Shown: in pieces, positions 57,252-64,000 of the stretch
How positions within the stretch are numbered: position 1 is the first letter of the stretch
How the letters are laid out: every line of letters starts with the position of its first letter
From: an uncultured Acidobacteriota bacterium
Lineage (GTDB): Bacteria; Acidobacteriota; Thermoanaerobaculia; UBA5066
DNA: 64,000 nucleotides
Direction of reading: 5' to 3'
NCBI GenBank assembly: GCA_963776915.1
Contig: CAVZPE010000025.1
Coordinates: 6,701-70,700, forward strand
The notes under the pieces: generated by a model
Databases searched by the model: none
What the model was told of the DNA's origin: nothing
What the model saw: the letters and a program-made list of their open reading frames with translations, nothing else
Made by a program: the position numbers and the translations under genes

Positions 57252-59352
57252 ATGCGACGCAGGCGATCCCGGGCTCTTCGCGCGCCCGCGGCCCGCCTCG
57301 CGCCGGCGATCGCATTCGCGGGCTTCCTCTTCTTCGCGTTCTCCGTCTTCTTCGCTTTCTTCGCATCCTCCGCAATCTCCGCGGCGCCCGTCGCCGTCGC
57401 CGTCGACCCGAACGCGGATCGGCACCCCGTGAGCCCCCTGATCTACGGGATGAACTTCGGGACCGCCGCGCAGATGTCGCGCCTGAAGGTGCCCGTCCGC
57501 CGCTGGGGCGGGAACTCGACGACGCGCTACAACTGGGAGAACGACACGCACAACAGCGCGAACGACTGGTTCTTCTTCAATTACGCCGGGAACGCGAACC
57601 CCGCGAACCTCCCGAACGGCTCGGACGCCGACGTCTTCGTGGACGAGATCCGCGCCGCGGGCGGCGAGGCCCTCGTGACGGTCCCGCTCATCGGCTGGAC
57701 GCCCATCGACCGGACGCGGCGCTGGGGCTTCTCGGTCGCGAAGTACGGCGCGCAGAAGGTAGACCGAGTGCTCGGCGACCGGGAACGCGTCCTGGTGCAA
57801 CCCCGACGCCGGAAACGGCGTGAAGCCGGACGGCACGTCCGTGACGGGCAACGACCCGGCCGACACGTCGAAGACGATCGACGCGACGTTCGTCACGCGC
57901 TGGATGGCCCACCTCGCGGCCCGGACCGGAACCGCGGCGGCCGGCGGCGTCCGCCTCTGGGCGCTCGACAACGAGCCGATGCTCTGGAACTCGACGCACC
58001 GCGACGTCCACCCGGCGGGGACGACGTACGACGAGCTCTGGGGGAAGACCGCGACGATCGGCGCCGCGATCAAGGCGCAGGACCCCGGCGCGCAGACCCT
58101 GGGCCCGGCGGTGTGGGGGTGGTGCGCGTACTTCTATTCCGGCGCGGACGGCTGCGGACCCGGAGCCGACCGCGCCGCGCACGGCGGCGAGGACTTCCTC
58201 CCGTGGTACCTCGACCAGGCGAAGGCGTGGGAGACGGCGCACGGCAAGAGGCTCCTCGACTACTCTCGACGTCCACTACTACCCGCAGGCCGCCGGCGTC
58301 GCGCTCTCGACCGACGAGTCGTCCGCGACGTCCGCGCTCAGGCTCCGGTCGCTCAAGAGCCTCTACGACCCGACGTACGTCGACGAGTCGTGGATCGGGA
58401 CGGACGTCGGCCAGGCCGTGTACCTGATCCCGCGGATGAAGGCGTGGATCGCGGCCCACTACCCCGGCACGAAGCTCTCGATCAGCGAGTACAACTGGGG
58501 CTCCGACGACGGCGATCAGCGGCGCGCTCGCGCAGGCCGAGGCGCTCGCGATCTTCGGGCGCGAGGGCGTCGACCTCGCGACGCGCTGGGTCGCGCCGGC
58601 CGAGAACACGCGTACGGAGGACGCGTTCCTCCTCTACCGCAACTACGACGGCGCCGGGGCGCAGGTGGCGGGCGACTCCGTGCGCGCGACGAGCGGCGAC
58701 GTCGACGCGGTCGGAGCCTACGCGCAGCGCGGCGGCGCGGGTTCGAACACGCTCTATCTCCTCCTCTTCAACAAGGACACCGCGACGCGGACGGTCGCGG
58801 CGACCGTGGCGGGCGGGCTCTCGGGGTCGGCCTCGCTCTGGCGCTTCTCGGGCGCGTCGCGGCTCGCGGCCGCGGGCAGCGCGGCGCCGTCGGGCGGGAC
58901 GCTCACGCTGGATCTCCCGGCCCGGTCGGCGACGCTCGCGGTCGTGGCGCTCCCCGGCGCGCCGCCACCCCCGCCGGCGGCGGCGTCCTTCCACGCCGCC
59001 GTCGCCCTGCCGCCTCCTCGACACGCGCGCGGCCGCCGGCCCGGCGCTCGCCGCGAACGCACGACGCGACTTCGTCCTGACGGGAGCCTGCGGGATCCCC
59101 GCGACCGCGAAGGCCCTGTCCGCGAACGTGACGGTCACCGCCCCGACGTCCGCGGGCAGCCTCGTCGCGTTCCCGGCCGACCTCGCGCAGGCGCCCGGCA
59201 CGAACACGCTGAGCTTCGGCGCGGGTCAGACCCGCGCGAACAACGCGATGCTCCTCCTCGCCGGCGACGGCTCCGGCCGCGTCGCGTTCCTCGCGCTGAT
59301 GCCGTCGGGCACCGTCCACCTCGTCGTGGACGTGAACGGCTGGTGGGAGTAA
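57252..59352 (+). CDS. Secreted glycoside hydrolase family 44 with C-terminal PCR..DTR domain (frameshifted)
   Basis: SPLIYG, RWGGN..TRYNW, LDNEP.LW..THRDVHP, DVHYYP, ISEYNWG; ends DVNGWWE*. Confidence 0.88.
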
Positions 59353-59400
59353 GCCTCAGGAGCGGTCACGGCGAGAGTCGCCAGGCGGTACTCTCCGATC

Positions 59401-60364
59401 GTGCGCGGCGCTTCCCTCTTACTTTTTCGCAGGAATCTTCGCCTTCGGCCTGTCCGCGCAGACCCCCGCGCCGCGCGAGATCGCGGTCACGATCGACGAC
59501 CTGCCGCTGAACGGGCCCGACCTGCCGCTGCGCCGCCCTGCAGGCGATGACGGAGAAGCTGCTCGCCGGCCTGCGCCGCGAGCAGATCCCGGCCGTCGCG
59601 TTCGTGAACGAGTCGAAGCTCTACCGCACGGGCGAGGTGGACGCCCGGATCGCCCTCCTGCGCGCGTGGCGGGACGCGGGCGTCGAGCTCGGCAACCACA
59701 CGTTCTCGCACCCCTCGCTCCAGACGACGGCTCTGGCCGCATTCGAGGAGGACGTCGTCCGGGGCGAGACCGTGACGAGGATGCTCCTGAAGGGAGAAGG
59801 CCGCCTCCTGCGGTGGTTCCGCCATCCGTTTCTTCAGACCGGCCCGACCAGCGAGACGAAGAAGGCGTTCGAGGAGTTCCTCGCGGCGCGCGGCTACCGC
59901 GTCGCGCCGGTCACCGTCGACACGAACGACTGGATGTACAACTCCGTCTACGCCGACGCGCTCGCGCGAGGCGACGCGGGGGGCGCGGCACGCGTGAGGG
60001 ACGCCTACGTCGCCTCGTACACGAGGATCCTCGACTTCTTCGAGGACCTGACGCTCCGCGTCTTCGACCGGCCGATCCGCCACGTCCTCCTCGTGCACGC
60101 GAACCAACTCAACGCCGACGCCGTGCACGACTGGGCGGCGGTCCTCAGGGCGAGGGGCTACGCGTTCGTCGTCGCTCGCGCGCGCGCTCGAGGACCCGGC
60201 GTACGCGATCCCCGACCCGTACGTCTCGCAGGAACGGGATCTCGTGGCTCCACCGCTGGCTGTACGCGAAGACCGGCGCGACGCGCCTGAAGGAAGAGCC
60301 GGACCCGCCGCCCTTCGTCATGGGCGCGTACGCGGCGATCCAGAAGAGGCGCGCCGCCCGATGA
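59401..60364 (+). CDS. Secreted polysaccharide deacetylase (CE4), frameshifted
   Basis: TIDDLP, GNHTFSH, FRHPFL, LLVHAN. Confidence 0.85.
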
Positions 60365-60383
60365 GCGGCGCGCCGTCCAGGCC

Positions 60384-62745
60384 TCAGTCCTCGGCGTCTC
60401 TCGGCGGCGTCCCGCTTGTCGCGCGCGCGCCGCAGGGCCTGCTTGAACCGGGGGTCCTTGCGGATCGAGTCGAGGTCCGAGTCGTCGCGCATCCGGTCCG
60501 CGGCGTCGAAGCCGGCGTCGATCGCCTGGTTGAGCCGGTCGAACGCCCGGTCCGTGTTGCCGCTGCGTGCCTCGGAGCACGCGAGGTTGTAGAGCGTCGT
60601 CGGCTTGCGATAGCCGCGCTCGAGGGCCTTGCCGAACGAGTCGACGGCTTCCTCCGGGCGGTCTCCCATGAGCTGCGCGTAGCCGAGGTTGAACCAGGCG
60701 CGGCCGAGCTCCGGGTGCGCCTTCGCGACCTTCTCGTAGCGCGCGGTCTCGCCCCGCCACGCCGAGCGGCTCGTGTGCGGCATGAAGTTCCCGAGGAAGC
60801 CCTCGACTCCCGCGTCGAGCGCGAGGTCGTCCGCGAGGTCGAGCAGGTCGCTGAAGCGCTTGTCGCCGTGCAGGTCCTCGAGGTCGTCGTCCCGCTCCAT
60901 GTGCCGGGGGTCGTCGTAACCCTCCTCGAGCGCCTTCCGGAGCGTGTCGAGGGCCTCCGACTTCTTCCCGGCGCGGGCGAGCGCGCACGCCGCGTTGTAA
61001 TAGGACGCGGAAACCCGGTTGCCGGCGGCCGCGGACGCGCGGAACGCCTTCTCCGAGAGGTCGTAACGCCCCGCGTTCAGGAGGTCCATGCCGGTGCGAT
61101 AGAGCGCGGGGCCGTCCTTGGCGCCCGCCGCGACGAGGCGGTCGTAGCGCGCGGCCGCATGGTCGCCTTCGGATTTCTTCGCGTCGCGGCGCGCCGCGCG
61201 GGCATCCTTCCTGAGGTCTTTCCAGCGCGGGTCGGAGCGGAGCGAGTCGAGGTCGTCGTCGTCGAGATACCCCTCCACGTCGAACCCGTACGAGGCGGCC
61301 TTCCTCAGCCACTCGAACGCGTGGTCCTTGTCGCCCTTCAGCGCGTAGCCGCAGGCGATGTTGTAGGCCGACGCGTCCTCCCGGTAGCCGAGGTCGATCG
61401 CCTTGCGGAACGCGGCGATGGCCTCGTCGTAGTGCCCGTTCTCGTGGTTCCTCATGCCCCGGCTGTACCAGTCGGAGCCCGACTCGCGCCGCGGGGCCGC
61501 GAGGATCGTCCGCCGGCTCGCCATCTCGACCTTCCGGGTCTCGACGGTCGTCCGCGAGAAGCCGGTCCCGAAACCGCCGAGGAAGGTCGGACCGGCCCCT
61601 TCGGACGACGCCGCGTCGGCGCGCGGGGCGACGCCGAGGTGCACCGTCGCGACGAGCGCCGCGCCCGCGACGAGCGCCGAGGCCGCGAGCCGCGCCTGCC
61701 ACGCGCCCATCGGCCGCCGCTCGAGCGCCGGGTCGAGGATCGCGCGGACACGCTCCTCGACCTGCGACGGGCGCGCCATCGCGAGGGCCCACCGCTCCGG
61801 CTCGCGCGCCAGGCCGCGGACGATCGCGACGAGGTGCGCCGCGTAGTCGGACGGGCGTGTTCCCGCCCCGAGCACGAGGTCGTCGGCGGCACGCTCGCCT
61901 TCGCGGCGCAGGGCGGCGACGGCGGCCCGCGCGAGCGGGTGGAACCAGTAGAGGGCGGCGACGGTCTCGGCCGCGAGGCGCGCGAGCGTGTCGCGCCGGC
62001 GCACGTGCGCGAGCTCGTGCAGGAGGACGACGCGCCGGCGGTCCGCGTTCCAGGCCGCGGCCGCGCGCGGAAGGACGAGGACCGGCCGGAGCACGCCGGG
62101 CCGTCAGCGGGACCTCCGTCTCGTCGCTCACGAGCAGCGCGACGACGCCGCGGGAGACCGAGCGTCCGCGCGGCTTCCGCGGCCTCCGCCGACCAGGACG
62201 CGTCGGCGAGCAGGCCGCGCGCGCGCGGACGAGGCCGCTCACCGCGAGAAGCCCGCCCACGAGCCGGGCGAGCATGGCCGCGGCTCCGAACGCCCAGAGG
62301 AGCGCCACAGCAGCGAAGATCTCGCCCCCGGCGAAGCGAACACCCGCGGGGCCGGGGCCGGCGCTTCGCGCCGCGTTCTTCGAAGGTTGAGCGGGGCCGG
62401 ACTGGACGTGTCGCGCTGCCGGCGCTCCTCGCGCGGCCGTTTCCCCTCTTCACCTTCTAAGAAAATCTTTCGGTTCTTCCGCGAGGAGACTCGGGCGATC
62501 GGCGTCTCGACCGCGCGCGGCGCGGCCGCGGCGGCCGGGAGGACGCGCCACTCCCAGCGCGGGAGGACCGGCGTGAGCGCCGGCACGAGCGCGGCCCCGA
62601 GGAGCGCGAGGAGCGCCGCGAGATGGCGCGCGGAGGCGGAGCGGCGCGGGAGGGCGCCGAAGACGACGAAACCGGCGGCGAGGATCAGGGTGGCCTTCGC
62701 GGCCCAGACGAGGCCGACGAGGCCGGCGCGCGCGAGGATCTCCAT
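60384..62745 (-). CDS. M56 (BlaR1-like) metallopeptidase with three C-terminal TPR modules (frameshifted)
   Basis: N-terminal TMs, LLHELAH, WFHPL, E.AADD; three copies of YN.AC...D.DL. 3' end approximate. Confidence 0.85.
62375..62470. repeat. Inverted pair of dispersed motif (locus 11, inside M56 CDS)
   Basis: GTTCTTCGAAGGTTGAG (62375) ... CCCCTCTTCACCTTCTAAGAAAATCTTT (62443-62470), near-perfect consensus. Confidence 0.85.
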
Positions 62746-62747
62746 GG

Positions 62748-63131
62748 TCAGCGTCCTTCCTCCCGCGCGTCCGCGATCAGGCGCGCGAGGCGTTCGAGCT
62801 CTTCGTCGCTCAGCTTCGACTTCGACTGCGTCAGGAGCGCCGCGACCGCCCGCTCCGCGGAGCCCTCGAAGAACGTCTGGAGCAGGCTCTGGAGGGCCGA
62901 GCGGCGCGCGCGGTCCCGCGGGACGATCGGGAGCCACACGTAGCGCCCGTCCTCGACGACGTGTCTCAGGTGCCCCTTGCCCTCGAGGATCTTCAGGAGG
63001 GCGCGGACGGCCGAGTAGCTCGGGGGGTCGGGCAGCCCGCCGAGGACCTCGCCGGCGGTCGCCCGGCCGGTCCGGTAGACGACCTCCATGATCTGCCGCT
63101 CGCGGCGGGAAAGGTCGAGCACGTCCGCCAT
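62748..63131 (-). CDS. BlaI/MecI/CopY-family repressor
   Basis: LSRRERQIM, SYSAVRALL..LE.KG, FFEGS; GGAGG RBS; adjacent to the M56 gene. Confidence 0.93.
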   Translation of the reverse strand: MADVLDLSRRERQIMEVVYRTGRATAGEVLGGLPDPPSYSAVRALLKILEGKGHLRHVVEDGRYVWLPIVPRDRARRSALQSLLQTFFEGSAERAVAALLTQSKSKLSDEELERLARLIADAREEGR

Positions 63132-63154
63132 CGGGCCCTCCGAAAAGCCGAATC

Positions 63155-63211
63155 CCTGCTAGAAACTTAGCAGGTGCTAAAAAACTAGCCCCGTAAGCCC
63201 GGTCCTGTCAA
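63155..63211 (-). promoter_or_regulatory. Sigma70 promoter with tandem BlaI-type operators
   Basis: TTGACA (63211-63206), 18 nt, TAGTTT; dyads CCTGCTA-N6-TAGCAGG (63155-63174) and TGCTA-N6-TAGC (63175-63189). Confidence 0.75.
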
Positions 63212-63290
63212 GGGTCGTCATGAAGAGAGATACGCCGGCACCGCGAAATGGTTCTCCGGCCCCGGGATCCCGGCGGCCGTCCCCGGGGGC

Positions 63291-63725
63291 CTACTTCGTC
63301 GCGAGCACCTTCTGGACCCGCGCCGTGAAGACCGCGAACATCCTCTGGCCGCCGGCCGTGTTCCGCGCGACCCATTCCGTGTTCTGGAACGCGACCGGGG
63401 AGACGTCGCGCCGGAGCTCCTCGAGGAAGGGCGCGACGCGGACGAAGAGGAACATGCCCTCGCCGCTGGACTCCATGAAGTAGTCGGCGTTCACGATCCC
63501 GTGCTTGACGATCCCGTAGACCATCTCCCAGTACGTCGTCGTCTGGCGCCACGCGGCGTTCAGCGGGTGGTCGGCCTTCGTGACCGCGAGGACGTCGTCG
63601 TAGGTCTTCGGCCAGAAGTCGCGGTTGATCGCGTTGCGCGATTCGCGCATGACGGCCTCGCGCCGGAGCTCGTAGGCCCGGAACGCGAGCTCGGCGTCGT
63701 GGTGGTCGGGGTGGTCCTTGCTCAT
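63291..63725 (-). CDS. Conserved-looking hypothetical protein (possibly DUF4760-like)
   Basis: YELRRE.VMRESR, YWEMV; TACAGT box 6 nt upstream of ATG. Confidence 0.7.
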   Translation of the reverse strand: MSKDHPDHHDAELAFRAYELRREAVMRESRNAINRDFWPKTYDDVLAVTKADHPLNAAWRQTTTYWEMVYGIVKHGIVNADYFMESSGEGMFLFVRVAPFLEELRRDVSPVAFQNTEWVARNTAGGQRMFAVFTARVQKVLATK

Positions 63726-63762
63726 GCCGCGACTGTATCGCAGGCGGCGGCGTCTCGGCCCG

Positions 63763-64000
63763 TCAGCCGCGCATCGGCGTGTAGCCCGTGCAGAAGTGCT
63801 CGACCATCTTGAGGTCCACCGTCGGGCGCGGCGTCTGTCCGTTCGACCGCAGGCGGAAGATCTCGAACCGCACGCCGGGCCTCGCGACCGGCCGCACCTT
63901 GAGGCGGTGGATCGCGTCGGGCGTGACCGCGTAAGCCCCGCACTCCTCGCAGTCGACCGACACGCCGACCACCGAAGACGCGAACAGCGTGTGCTCCTCG
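63763..64000 (-). CDS. Hypothetical zinc-ribbon protein, probably 5'-truncated by window
   Basis: VDCEECGAY; the frame appears open to the window edge. Confidence 0.5.
   Translation of the reverse strand, partial: EEHTLFASSVVGVSVDCEECGAYAVTPDAIHRLKVRPVARPGVRFEIFRLRSNGQTPRPTVDLKMVEHFCTGYTPMRG

Noticed and set aside
57320-57380. Long CT-rich tract resembling motif flanks
   Set aside because: Explained by a Phe/Ser-rich signal peptide (FLFFAFSVFFAFFASS); no convincing TTC-N3-GAA arm.

Overview
Very GC-rich (roughly 70-75% by eye), gene-dense bacterial chromosomal segment with about 56 CDSs. I found no rRNA, tRNA, CRISPR array, prophage or transposase. The gene content (VWFA-type surface proteins, kinase-PD40 and kinase-TPR fusions, a kinase-coupled ECF sigma factor, a BlaI/M56 pair) suggests Acidobacteriota, possibly Thermoanaerobaculia-like; this is inference only. 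Many genes are split by single-base indels, which look like uncorrected long-read errors rather than pseudogenisation. The most striking unexplained signal is a dispersed ~25-bp AT/purine-rich DNA motif (consensus about GAAGATTTTCTT[A/C]GAAGGTGAAGAGGG). I counted about 20 copies at 11 loci by eye, mostly as convergent inverted pairs with unrelated 25-150 bp spacers. It is written into protein-coding sequence in several reading frames and on both strands. Other points: a shared ~120-aa C-terminal domain on three secreted proteins, many -10-box/leaderless gene starts, and a tandem operator upstream of blaI.
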